Source: an uncultured virus (IMG/VR IMGVR_UViG_3300042558_003703) (Duplodnaviria > Heunggongvirae > Uroviricota > Caudoviricetes). From it: a stretch of DNA of 56,334 nt. Shown here one piece after another: positions 18,888 to 27,725 of this stretch (the first letter of the stretch is position 1; each line of letters begins with the position of its first letter). Location: IMG/VR virus record IMGVR_UViG_3300042558_003703, one strand, 5' to 3'. Below the pieces are notes generated by a model that did no database searches, had not been told where the DNA came from, and saw nothing but the letters and a program-made list of their open reading frames with translations. Position numbers and translations under genes: made by a program.

Positions 18888-19265
18888 ATGGGCAACAACA
18901 TAATAGAACAGCTTACTGCCAAATATCCTTTCATGTCTCTATGCATTTATGCCAACATGGAATATGTTGGCATCGTACAAAATCGCGACGAAACCATTAC
19001 CACCATTTACGACTTTGGCAACATACAAGATACTCAACTCAAATTGTTGTTTATTGAGTTGGCAGCGGTATGGTGGTGGGAAAGCAATAGAAGCATACCT
19101 ATTAATATTTTTTTGAAGTCAGAATGGGAACCATTCCGGCAGTATCGTCGTACTTTTGTCAACAAAGATCTAACAATTTTATGCGGACCTGTTTGTAGCC
19201 TAAGCGACCTGAGTCGTAAAAAATCAAAAAGAAAAAGTGTTACTCTGGTCAAACGGGTTGAATAG
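18888..19265 (+). CDS. Hypothetical protein
   Basis: Plus-strand gene with ATAAATA 5 nt before the ATG; WWWESNRSIPINIFL motif. Confidence 0.7.
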   Translation: MGNNIIEQLTAKYPFMSLCIYANMEYVGIVQNRDETITTIYDFGNIQDTQLKLLFIELAAVWWWESNRSIPINIFLKSEWEPFRQYRRTFVNKDLTILCGPVCSLSDLSRKKSKRKSVTLVKRVE

Positions 19266-19839
19266 AGTTGCGTTCTGCATCTTCTAGTAAATTCATATGC
19301 AGTGCAACCAATCGTGCATAACCCAAGCTGTGGCTTTTCTTAAAGGTGTAGCCTCGACTGTCGTCGCCGTCCCACACTGACGCAAATACTTGATCCCAGG
19401 CACATTTCTGCAAATGAGCTTTTCCAGGTCTAATGACGCTGATAAATGCTGCCATACGAGGAATAGAATCTGGTTTCATTGTCTGCAGCAGATCCGCATA
19501 GTTTCCCACATGAACCAGTTGTGTTGCCCAGGTTGGATCAGTCCACAATCGTGCCCAGTTGACATCAGCTGCCAGCACAGATTCGTAATGCTCAGGGTCG
19601 CGTACCAGCTGATAAACCGACATGTTTAAGAAATCGATTTTAAAATATCCGCGAGATTCTGCTTCGTTATAATCGATCGCAGCACAGCCATTTACAGGAT
19701 CCTGAGGAATAGCAGTTACATATACTCCGCTGTTGTGTCGACGCACCTGTCCTTGATGCAGTTGTCGTGCAGTAGTATGCCGGATCAAGTTCAACAGTTG
19801 AGTACGATCTGCCAGGTCTATATCAATATCTGCTGACAT
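19249..19839 (-). CDS. Miniature family-C (DnaE-like) polymerase catalytic domain
   Basis: ADIDID, HNSGV, YFKIDFL, IRPG, YTFKKSHSLGY match DnaE motifs in order; 196 aa from ATG 19839. Confidence 0.8.
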   Translation of the reverse strand: MSADIDIDLADRTQLLNLIRHTTARQLHQGQVRRHNSGVYVTAIPQDPVNGCAAIDYNEAESRGYFKIDFLNMSVYQLVRDPEHYESVLAADVNWARLWTDPTWATQLVHVGNYADLLQTMKPDSIPRMAAFISVIRPGKAHLQKCAWDQVFASVWDGDDSRGYTFKKSHSLGYARLVALHMNLLEDAERNSIQPV

Positions 19840-20513
19840 CACCATCCTGCCTGTTTTAAAATGTCACGAGCTGCTGCTGTGTCTTCTGGGTAGTCTCGAA
19901 ACCGTTTTTGCCAAAAGTCAGCATCCACATACGGCCAAATCAGATTGATTTGATTACTGTTCAATCGAGATAAAAATTCTACTCCGGAGGTGGAGTTATA
20001 CAGTGCCCAAGCTGAGACTCGGCCTGACGAAACAGCATGACATATAACATTGTCGTTGCCGAATCTTATGTAATCATGTGCTGGATTGCCAGTTTTTTCT
20101 GCCCAGTCGATACTGGTTTCAATTGCTCGATATATGGCATCCATGACATTTTCCACTCGCAGATATTCTGCCAAGAATTCTTCGTAAACACTGTCCTTAC
20201 ACCAGTAATCAATTTTCTTGTTGTTCTTTAGTAGCCATTCAACAAAACGCGGAACGTTGACAGCACGTACACTGACACAGTATTGTCCAAAACGAGCAAA
20301 TGCACGATAGTAGGGACTGGCAGCAAAGTCATCAAATGATTTTGACCGCCCTGTGCCTTGACTCATGTCATAGAATTTTTGATAAGCACGTAATCCTATC
20401 TGTATACCAGTTTCATTTTGACTTTGGTAGCGTTTCTTCTGCTCACAAACATGTACTATAAGTGTGGTTTCTTTGGCAAAAGATTTTTTACAGTATTGAC
20501 ATTCAAATTTCAT
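19839..20513 (-). CDS. Zinc-finger protein
   Basis: N-terminal CQYC...HVC; TGATG overlap with the mini-DnaE gene. Confidence 0.7.
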   Translation of the reverse strand: MKFECQYCKKSFAKETTLIVHVCEQKKRYQSQNETGIQIGLRAYQKFYDMSQGTGRSKSFDDFAASPYYRAFARFGQYCVSVRAVNVPRFVEWLLKNNKKIDYWCKDSVYEEFLAEYLRVENVMDAIYRAIETSIDWAEKTGNPAHDYIRFGNDNVICHAVSSGRVSAWALYNSTSGVEFLSRLNSNQINLIWPYVDADFWQKRFRDYPEDTAAARDILKQAGW

Positions 20514-20536
20514 TCTTCTTCACAGATAAAATGGTT

Positions 20537-20565
20537 AGTATAACACTGAAGATCTTGTTGGACAA
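20537..20565 (-). promoter_or_regulatory. Sigma70-type promoter
   Basis: TTGTCC-17bp-TATACT. Confidence 0.65.
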
Positions 20566-20566
20566 G

Positions 20567-21016
20567 TTATTTCTTTACTTCGTTACCGTGAGCTTTAACA
20601 TATTCATCCAATTCTTGTTTGGTTGTTATCTTGGCCAAAAGATCTAACTCGTCGTCTTTCATGCTGGGGTGCAACTCTGCTAATTTTTTTCTAACAGCAC
20701 TGTTACTACCTTCTTTCTTTTTGGGTGCAATCCACTGGTGTCGATGTGCGCCCATGCCTGGACTGACAGCAGTGGCACAAAGCCATTGTAGTTCGGGATG
20801 CTTGTTTATAGAAAAGAAATGTTTGTTAAAGTAATGATTGCAACTTTGCACATAGTATTCCTGCAACTCTCGAGGACCTTGAACACTGCTGCCCCAGCGA
20901 ATCATAAGAAAGTTAGAAAACTTTTTACGTTCCTCTGGTGTCAGCTCATTATAAAATTGTCGGTTTTTGAGGTCCAACTGCTGCATTTCGTTGGCAATGT
21001 TTAGTTTATCACTCAT
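20567..21016 (-). CDS. Clamp loader small subunit-like protein (T4 gp62-like)
   Basis: KKFSNFLMIRWGS..N..QW..W..KKK pattern, size and replication context. Confidence 0.5.
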   Translation of the reverse strand: MSDKLNIANEMQQLDLKNRQFYNELTPEERKKFSNFLMIRWGSSVQGPRELQEYYVQSCNHYFNKHFFSINKHPELQWLCATAVSPGMGAHRHQWIAPKKKEGSNSAVRKKLAELHPSMKDDELDLLAKITTKQELDEYVKAHGNEVKK

Positions 21017-21311
21017 CGTTGTTTATTGTTCCGTTGCTGCGACGTTCGCGGGTGGTATCCATGTCCTGTAACCAACGCTTTTCCTGCATAGTAGGTTCTT
21101 TGAAAAACTTGCGTGGATTTCCGCACATGGCACAGCGGCTATCGCCACAGGTTACACCTGTTGTCTTGTGATAACGATGCGGGCTGTCTACCTTGCTGGT
21201 ATTGATCGCAGGAAACTTGTGTGCCTGACGAATTCGTACTTGCCGTGCAATGTGTCGATTCTTTTGTTGAATACGCTGACTGCGTGTCGATTTATCTGTT
21301 GTCTGACTCAT
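21009..21311 (-). CDS. Small basic Cys-motif protein
   Basis: CGDSRCAMCGNPRK. Confidence 0.6.
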   Translation of the reverse strand: MSQTTDKSTRSQRIQQKNRHIARQVRIRQAHKFPAINTSKVDSPHRYHKTTGVTCGDSRCAMCGNPRKFFKEPTMQEKRWLQDMDTTRERRSNGTINNDE

Positions 21312-22425
21312 ATACTGTTCCTTTACTAGCGCATCCGTTCTGTATTAAAAATTTTTCAGCATATTCATCAACTGGTGAAAGACGTAAATTACTAAGTACT
21401 GCAAAGTTATGTATTACTATTGGTGCAATCTGCGATAATATCTTCTCCTGGGGCTGCTGGCAAAGCCATTTAGTTTGTTCAATAGCTTTTGCCCAGCGTG
21501 TTGTGCTTTCTTGGATGCTATCATATGACTCGTCAATTATGCCGTCAAACGTTTTAAATCCCAACTGTCGTAAATTGCGAAGAAAGTGCTGCCCAGATAT
21601 TACTACAAACAGACGGCGACCCAAAATGGGTTTGGCAATCTTTTCTGTGAAGAAACTGTAACGATTGTCTGCCCAAGTTTCCATAACAATGCTGTATGCT
21701 GTCTTGTTATAAATCTTAAGTGGCAGAACTTGACTTATATGCATTTCTTTACCGCGGTATCGACAGCGATAAGTCTGCTCGATATTGATTTCCATATTAT
21801 CTTCCCACAGATCAGTCTGATCAAAATTAAAACCGGCCCAATTTTTACTATCTGCCCCTGGTTTAACAAAGACCGGTGACTCATAATACCATGTCGGGTC
21901 TGCGATAGTCTGAAGTTTTTTCTTAACAAACATTCTGTGAGATTTTGGAACACCGTACAGCACATCAAACATAAAAGGTTTTTTGTCAAAAGGATGCAGA
22001 TTTTTTTCTAAAACATGACCCCAATCTTTTATATATGGATCTGTAGTGGATTTAATCCAATACAGGTCTTGATCAACTGTTGCGTGTTGCAACTCAAAAT
22101 TTAAATAACCGTTAAGTATGAATACAAAATTGGGAAGATCGTACTTGAGGACAAGTTCTGGAACGCCTGCTTTAAACTCTACACCTTTAACTATAACTTG
22201 TGTACAACCAATGAGTCGATCAAGTCGTGTCTTGGTAGAATTGAGATCATCAGTTATATGCACCAAAGCCAACTTGATCGAAGTTGTATCAAGTAAAAAT
22301 TTTTCTAACTCATCAGTCGAGTTAGAAAGCGGATTTTCGTTGTAGACTTTAATTAAACTTACATCAATAGTCTCATGCGGTAATAGATTATAGGATAAGC
22401 AATTGTACATGGCTACTTGTGGCAT
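21292..22425 (-). CDS. Glycosyltransferase-like protein (GT10-like C-terminus)
   Basis: YSIVMET..FFTEKIAKPIL..LRQLGFKTF..IDESYD; paralog of 1590-2585. Confidence 0.5.
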   Translation of the reverse strand: MPQVAMYNCLSYNLLPHETIDVSLIKVYNENPLSNSTDELEKFLLDTTSIKLALVHITDDLNSTKTRLDRLIGCTQVIVKGVEFKAGVPELVLKYDLPNFVFILNGYLNFELQHATVDQDLYWIKSTTDPYIKDWGHVLEKNLHPFDKKPFMFDVLYGVPKSHRMFVKKKLQTIADPTWYYESPVFVKPGADSKNWAGFNFDQTDLWEDNMEINIEQTYRCRYRGKEMHISQVLPLKIYNKTAYSIVMETWADNRYSFFTEKIAKPILGRRLFVVISGQHFLRNLRQLGFKTFDGIIDESYDSIQESTTRWAKAIEQTKWLCQQPQEKILSQIAPIVIHNFAVLSNLRLSPVDEYAEKFLIQNGCASKGTVYESDNR

Positions 22426-22427
22426 GA

Positions 22428-22628
22428 CTATTTGATCCTTGCTGAAACTTCGTTGATAGCTACACGCAAGCGTACTATATCTCTGTGCATTCTGTCAATG
22501 ACTTTTTGTTGCTCTTCCACCTGGTCGATTAATTTTCTAATTCGACGATCAAGCTTTTTTTCGCTGGCAGAATCTGCAGCTTGAATTTTGGCAACCGGTG
22601 GTTTTTCTTTGGAGGAATATTGTGTCAT
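22428..22628 (-). CDS. Small coiled-coil protein
   Basis: 66-aa coupled ORF. Confidence 0.55.
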   Translation of the reverse strand: MTQYSSKEKPPVAKIQAADSASEKKLDRRIRKLIDQVEEQQKVIDRMHRDIVRLRVAINEVSARIK

Positions 22629-22629
22629 G

Positions 22630-23130
22630 TTACCAGGCCTTGTTGTAGTCTAGAATTTCGCAGTTTCTGCTGATGTCCTTGACAAAATACACACAGTCAG
22701 GTTTGTGTGTATCATCCAACGGCACACTCAGCATTTGTCCATTTTTCAGCTTGGGTGCATACCAAGCCACGTCGTGATATACATCTACAATTTCAATGTC
22801 GGGAAAACTGGGACGAAAACTGGTTAGCGGATTGAACTGAAATGCCTTGAACCCGCGATCATTGATACTGGTCAATGACAACACTTCTAGGTCACCGCCG
22901 TCGGGTTCGCCAATAAGGATACGCCAATCCATGGGCATTTTGATTGTGTGGTCTCCGATTTGCAACACCAATGCCGGAGCATTAAAACTTTCCAAAAAGA
23001 TAAGAGGAATATAGTGATAGTCGGGGTTTTGCGGATCGCTATTGTCTAAAATAGCAAATCGCATGTCATCCACTTCTTCCGGAAGTGTATCTAAATCATA
23101 AGCCAAGTTGTCAAGTGTAAGTATTCTCAT
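22630..23130 (-). CDS. Hypothetical protein
   Basis: Intact 166-aa ORF with its own promoter. Confidence 0.7.
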   Translation of the reverse strand: MRILTLDNLAYDLDTLPEEVDDMRFAILDNSDPQNPDYHYIPLIFLESFNAPALVLQIGDHTIKMPMDWRILIGEPDGGDLEVLSLTSINDRGFKAFQFNPLTSFRPSFPDIEIVDVYHDVAWYAPKLKNGQMLSVPLDDTHKPDCVYFVKDISRNCEILDYNKAW

Positions 23131-23136
23131 GCTTTA

Positions 23137-23166
23137 ATTATACAATAAATGAATTACTAAAGTCAA
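23137..23166 (-). promoter_or_regulatory. Sigma70-type promoter, leaderless
   Basis: TTGACT-18bp-TATAAT-6nt-ATG; the -35 contains the upstream TGA stop. Confidence 0.7.
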
Positions 23167-23747
23167 CCACGAATCATTATGATACCGAATTCACGTTCTT
23201 CGTCTCTGACAATTTCAAATCCCAATGCCAATAGATAAACAACAGCAGGACCACATTTACCAATCCAGCAATCATTATAACGGTATGTATCGTCAAACAT
23301 AACAATACACTGACTAGCAAGCCAAGGCGTTAATGCAATAATCTGTTTCATGTGTTCGATTTGACAAGTTTGATTATTCATTGTTACACCATAGTTATTA
23401 AGGTATTCAATTTTTTGATCTTGTATCATTTTATTAACTTGATTAATATCCCAGTCATAATCAAAATTGTCCAAGTACAGTAAACCTATACGTTTTCCTA
23501 TATTAGCCGAATACTGCTGACACCAAGTTGACCCAGATCCGACATGCCACTTAATAGACGGATTGTTAATCCTGTCACTGGCACTAGAATTGATATCCAC
23601 AGAATGCAATACAGTATTGCGTTCTGCTGCCAAGTTGGCCAAAAATTCTGTACTGCCTTCCCATCGATCGCTGCCGATTTCTACAAACACCGAAAACGGT
23701 TGTATATTCTTTGTAAAATTTACTGCGTGTTTAAATACTTGTCCCAT
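23163..23747 (-). CDS. Class I SAM-dependent methyltransferase
   Basis: FVEIGS, SVDIN, LLYLD, FDDT..GK; probable start ATG 23747. Confidence 0.65.
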   Translation of the reverse strand: MGQVFKHAVNFTKNIQPFSVFVEIGSDRWEGSTEFLANLAAERNTVLHSVDINSSASDRINNPSIKWHVGSGSTWCQQYSANIGKRIGLLYLDNFDYDWDINQVNKMIQDQKIEYLNNYGVTMNNQTCQIEHMKQIIALTPWLASQCIVMFDDTYRYNDCWIGKCGPAVVYLLALGFEIVRDEEREFGIIMIRG

Positions 23748-25237
23748 TACTTTTGCCACTCCAATTTTTCTGCACTAAAAGGATAGTTTGCTTCTTTGTA
23801 GAATGCCTTGCGTCGTGTCAAGTGTCGACGAGCAAACTTGCAGGTACTTGTAATGTCCCAAATCTCCACGTGGTCCTTGTCTTCAGCTTTTCTAATTCCA
23901 CGACCGATACTTTGAATAACTCTGGTAAAGCTCTTGCCCGATTCAATCATGACCAAGTTAAAAATACGCGGTATATTGATGCCCACTGCTGCCACACCGT
24001 AAGTGGCAATGATGATCTTGTTGGTACTAGTGGCAATTTCATCGTATTCATCTTTTCTATCAGCAGCTTTGGTTGCACCTGACACAAATACCACATCGGG
24101 TCGGTCTGACAGCAGGCTAAACAGTGTGCTAAGATGTGCTTGCAGTATCTTGCCAGTTTCAATTCGATCAACTAAGATAAGTGTATTGCCCGAATCTTTG
24201 ATGCGATCAACTAGTCGAGCAATGGCATCAATTCTCTCCGGCGTAGTAACCAAGTACTTTAATTCGCTTTGATAGTCCTTGTATTCAACATGATCAACCA
24301 GTTGCACAATATTTACATGGCATTGTGCAAGTACGCCCTGTGCTTGTAATTCGCTGGCCCGCAGTCTCCCCACTACCGGACCAAGGCTCACATGCAGTGA
24401 CTGAAACTCAAAATCTTCCTTGGGCACAGTACCGGTCAGCCCCCAACGTATGGGAATATGAGCCATTACTCCGGTCAGTAAAGTTTTAAGTGCATCAGCC
24501 TTGGCCATGTGTACTTCGTCTACAATAACACAAACCACATCCTCAATAAAGTCTTGTATAGTGCAATCAGCTTCGCCGGACTTGGTGTTCTTCAACAACA
24601 CGTTTAGACTTTGCCAAGTGCAGATGGTGTGTTGACGGCCCCATTCTTTGCGATCACCAAAGTAAACACCAACATCTAATCCCAAGTTACGATAGTCTAT
24701 TTCAGTTTGTGTTACTAGACTCTTGTTGGGCACAATCACAATAGTGCGTCCGTAGTGACCAGCTTGCCAGCTCAGTGCTGCTGTGATAAGTGTTTTTCCG
24801 GCACCTGTTGCCACTTCTTGTAGGCTTTGAGGATTTGCAAGAAACTCGTTGATGATTTCCACTTGATAATCACGTAGTACTACGGGTTGCCCTTCTCGTT
24901 CATGTCCCTTGGGCCACGCACGATCACTAAACGTGTTTTCTGACATTGCAGCAAACTCAAACTTAGTGCTGTAAGTTCTACGATCATCTAGTTCTATATC
25001 GTACCCAGCGTCTTCTAAGATAGGTACAATTTCTGGCAGCAAGTTTACATAAGTGCTGCCGCCCAATTGAAAGTAAGCTACTTTTCCATCCCATCGTCCC
25101 AGTCTTACAGCAGGTAGATAACGTGCAGCAGGGTTCAGATACTTGAATCGATTGACCAGCTTGCGACGAGTATCAAGATCTAGGCCTTCAATCTTGATAT
25201 TGACTTCGTCGTGTATGATTATGGTTGCTGTTGTCAT
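23747..25237 (-). CDS. uvsW: SF2 DNA helicase UvsW-like
   Basis: LRDYQ, ATGAGKT, DEVH, GLTGT, QSIGRGIR. Confidence 0.9.
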   Translation of the reverse strand: MTTATIIIHDEVNIKIEGLDLDTRRKLVNRFKYLNPAARYLPAVRLGRWDGKVAYFQLGGSTYVNLLPEIVPILEDAGYDIELDDRRTYSTKFEFAAMSENTFSDRAWPKGHEREGQPVVLRDYQVEIINEFLANPQSLQEVATGAGKTLITAALSWQAGHYGRTIVIVPNKSLVTQTEIDYRNLGLDVGVYFGDRKEWGRQHTICTWQSLNVLLKNTKSGEADCTIQDFIEDVVCVIVDEVHMAKADALKTLLTGVMAHIPIRWGLTGTVPKEDFEFQSLHVSLGPVVGRLRASELQAQGVLAQCHVNIVQLVDHVEYKDYQSELKYLVTTPERIDAIARLVDRIKDSGNTLILVDRIETGKILQAHLSTLFSLLSDRPDVVFVSGATKAADRKDEYDEIATSTNKIIIATYGVAAVGINIPRIFNLVMIESGKSFTRVIQSIGRGIRKAEDKDHVEIWDITSTCKFARRHLTRRKAFYKEANYPFSAEKLEWQK

Positions 25238-26010
25238 TTTATTTTTTCAGTTATGCGCTTATACAAAAAATCAGTAAACAAGTCCTGGCTTAATATTCCA
25301 GGATGTAGATCATCATTACTAACTGAATCTATCTTCATCTTTAACAATGATTGATATAGATTCAACCACAAATTTTCTTGTATGCCGCCGTATTCGTTAT
25401 AATGTTGATGTATCATGTTGTACAATGCAAATATCTCTTCGTCATCGCGCATGTCTGCATCTAATAAATTGTAGGTGTATCTGTCAAGATCTGACGGAAG
25501 TTGAATTTGTTTTTTAACAAAATATTGATCAGACCAACTTCCAATACCGTTCACAAAAAATATTTTACCACCGGAAGATTTTTGTAATCCAACTAACACA
25601 TTAACATACTTTACTAACTCCAATAAATCCCAATGGTCGTTATGTAATTTTCTTAGACGATCTCCTGTTTCCAATAACCATTTTTTTGAAATAGTTTGGC
25701 CTCCAACAATATTTACATCGTGTGAATCTGTTAATAATGTTCCAACTGGATAGCGTTCTAATCCTACATGGAAATTAAATCTACCAATGACTGACCACGA
25801 GACTAGTATTAGATCATAGTGATTTTTAATCATTGCTGATATTGTTTCTAAAAATATTTTTTGATTATTGGCACCAGACTTGGCAACATTTGTTATAGAA
25901 TCAACATTGAGTCGTTGGGCTAATTGATTGGGCCAAATTTTAGGATTATCTTTTTCTCCTGGTAAGCCACATCCGTTAGTATATGAACATCCTGCAATTA
26001 ATAATTTCAT
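25234..26010 (-). CDS. SGNH/GDSL-like hydrolase
   Basis: LIAGCSYTNG, NVAKSGANN, DDLHPG. Confidence 0.75.
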   Translation of the reverse strand: MKLLIAGCSYTNGCGLPGEKDNPKIWPNQLAQRLNVDSITNVAKSGANNQKIFLETISAMIKNHYDLILVSWSVIGRFNFHVGLERYPVGTLLTDSHDVNIVGGQTISKKWLLETGDRLRKLHNDHWDLLELVKYVNVLVGLQKSSGGKIFFVNGIGSWSDQYFVKKQIQLPSDLDRYTYNLLDADMRDDEEIFALYNMIHQHYNEYGGIQENLWLNLYQSLLKMKIDSVSNDDLHPGILSQDLFTDFLYKRITEKIK

Positions 26011-27128
26011 AGGTATTTGTTTAGTTCCGGAAATACTTTAGCAAAACTTGTGCCACGATATTGGTCATGTTGTAGTAGATATTTTTTAAAGGTTTCAAAT
26101 AATGCACTATCATCAGAATTAGCAATCATCTCTTTCCAAGCATGTACATCCGAATATTGACTTTGTGACAATTTATCTATAATGGCTTGGCGGGCAGTAT
26201 CATGCCAAACACTTGGTCTCATATGTGCAGGAGTATGTACTCTCCCTATCCAAGGACGCGGCAATCCCATAGTATAGCACCATTCAAAAAATTCGTCAAG
26301 ATAATATATATTATAGGCACTTACACTATGACTTATACTTAACTGGATGTTATCTTTTTGTCGCTGCATGTATTGTTCCACATTGTGGAGTGTTGTTTTC
26401 CAATTGGCTGGATATCTTACATATTCGTATCGATCACCGATGGCATCTATACTTAATTGTATGTCTACATTTTGAAAACAACTCCAAATCTCCCACCATT
26501 CCGGATCTGGAAATATAGTGGCATTAGTTGTATAGTGCAATGACATATTTTGAGACTTCCCAGATTGAATATAATAACCAAGCAATTCTTTTTGTTCTGG
26601 CACTCCACTGAGCAATGGTTCTCCTCCGGGTATGTCAAGATGTATCAGATTTGGCGCAGCTTCGACAAGATCTTTTACAAAATTATTTTTATAAAACTTA
26701 TTATGAGCAATATCAATTCCGTAGATGGTTTTGTACTCTTTTTGCCATTTACTAGATGCATACGGACTGCATATTATGCATTTTAGATTGCAAGTATTAC
26801 CAAATGCAATACTTGCTGTTATAAATTCTTTACTGTCTAAATTGTATCGGTTGTAATGGTCTTTCCAGCGTGTGTTATCTAGGTTTCGTTTGCTTTCAAT
26901 ATTATTTTGTTCTTCAATTTTACAACGTTCACAGCCAGCAGGCCAATTTCCCTGCATAAATTCGCTGCGAATTTGTTGAAGAAAATCGCTTTTTGAATAT
27001 TGTTTTATAGTATGAGTTTGAATGTTAAATTTTTCTGTATTTTTATCAAACTGAAACTTACAGCACGGAGCTATATTACCCTTAGGGTCGATGTCAATAT
27101 TGGTCCATGGCGAATAGCAAAAGGTCAT
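26007..27128 (-). CDS. Radical SAM protein with N-terminal SPASM/twitch domain
   Basis: FCYSPW..PCC..CERC, CNLKCIIC, GGEP, YTTN, LSID. Confidence 0.92.
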   Translation of the reverse strand: MTFCYSPWTNIDIDPKGNIAPCCKFQFDKNTEKFNIQTHTIKQYSKSDFLQQIRSEFMQGNWPAGCERCKIEEQNNIESKRNLDNTRWKDHYNRYNLDSKEFITASIAFGNTCNLKCIICSPYASSKWQKEYKTIYGIDIAHNKFYKNNFVKDLVEAAPNLIHLDIPGGEPLLSGVPEQKELLGYYIQSGKSQNMSLHYTTNATIFPDPEWWEIWSCFQNVDIQLSIDAIGDRYEYVRYPANWKTTLHNVEQYMQRQKDNIQLSISHSVSAYNIYYLDEFFEWCYTMGLPRPWIGRVHTPAHMRPSVWHDTARQAIIDKLSQSQYSDVHAWKEMIANSDDSALFETFKKYLLQHDQYRGTSFAKVFPELNKYL

Positions 27129-27135
27129 AATGTAT

Positions 27136-27164
27136 ATAGTACACTATTTGCAGACAGAAGTCAA
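27136..27164 (-). promoter_or_regulatory. Sigma70-type promoter, leaderless, overlapping the terminator U-tract
   Basis: TTGACT-17bp-TACTAT-7nt-ATG. Confidence 0.65.
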
Positions 27165-27196
27165 AAAAAAGAGGCACCGTATTGCTACGATGCCCC
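27163..27196 (-). terminator. Rho-independent terminator
   Basis: GGGGCATCGTA-GCAA-TACGGTGCCTC followed by T8. Confidence 0.9.
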
Positions 27197-27240
27197 AAAC
27201 AGATTGTCTAAACAGGAGCGTTTACTACAGACAATCCGGG
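27163..27240 (-). ncRNA. Candidate 3'-end regulatory RNA with anti-SD loop
   Basis: Hairpin GATTGTC..TAAAC-GCTCCT-GTTTA.GACAATC before the terminator; its GCTCCTGTTT is complementary to AAACAGGAGC of three upstream leaders. Confidence 0.35.
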
Positions 27241-27278
27241 TAAAATCTATCTGCCAATTCTCGAATTCGTTCGTTCAT
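27225..27278 (-). CDS. 17-codon mini-ORF/remnant of the MNERIRELA family
   Basis: MNERIRELADRFYPDCL*; first 21 nt identical to the start of 27275-27511; ATGA overlap. Confidence 0.5.
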   Translation of the reverse strand: MNERIRELADRFYPDCL

Positions 27279-27511
27279 TCCATCATCTCAAAATGTTGTA
27301 ATAACCCAATTGCACAATCACTGACAGCATCATTATATGTTAGTTCGTTTGTGTCAGCAGTTTCTTTATCAAGTACCTGACTTCGGCAACTTTCATAACA
27401 TTCCTTGATCAATAATTCGGCAAACTTTTGAATTATTGTTGGACCGATCTCTCGTGTGATATACTTTGGTAATCCAGCCTGTTCAGCAAGTTCTCGAATT
27501 CGTTCATTCAT
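27275..27511 (-). CDS. MNERIRELAEQAG-family small protein
   Basis: Paralog of 27508-27714 (shared start, KFxEL..EC, HF end). Confidence 0.8.
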   Translation of the reverse strand: MNERIRELAEQAGLPKYITREIGPTIIQKFAELLIKECYESCRSQVLDKETADTNELTYNDAVSDCAIGLLQHFEMME

Positions 27512-27714
27512 GCTTCAACTCCGAAATGTTTGAGTATGGCCTCTTGAGGTGAGTTGCTGTGTGTCAGAGCCCAATGTTCAAAAGCAATGTTGCCACATTC
27601 CCGAACAATCAACTCAACGAACTTTTGACACTCGGGCATATTCCAATGCCCTACACCAAACAAGTCTGCTTCATATCCGGCCTGTTCAGCAAGTTCGCGA
27701 ATTGATTGGTTCAT
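27508..27714 (-). CDS. MNERIRELAEQAG-family small protein
   Basis: MNQSIRELAEQAG..KFVELIVREC..HFGVE; GGAG RBS. Confidence 0.8.
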   Translation of the reverse strand: MNQSIRELAEQAGYEADLFGVGHWNMPECQKFVELIVRECGNIAFEHWALTHSNSPQEAILKHFGVEA

Positions 27715-27725
27715 TGTTTAACTCC

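Noticed and set aside
27202..27236. Plus-strand CsrA/RsmA-binding GGA-loop RNA
   Set aside because: Only one GGA loop, and the adjacent terminator and all surrounding genes point to minus-strand transcription.
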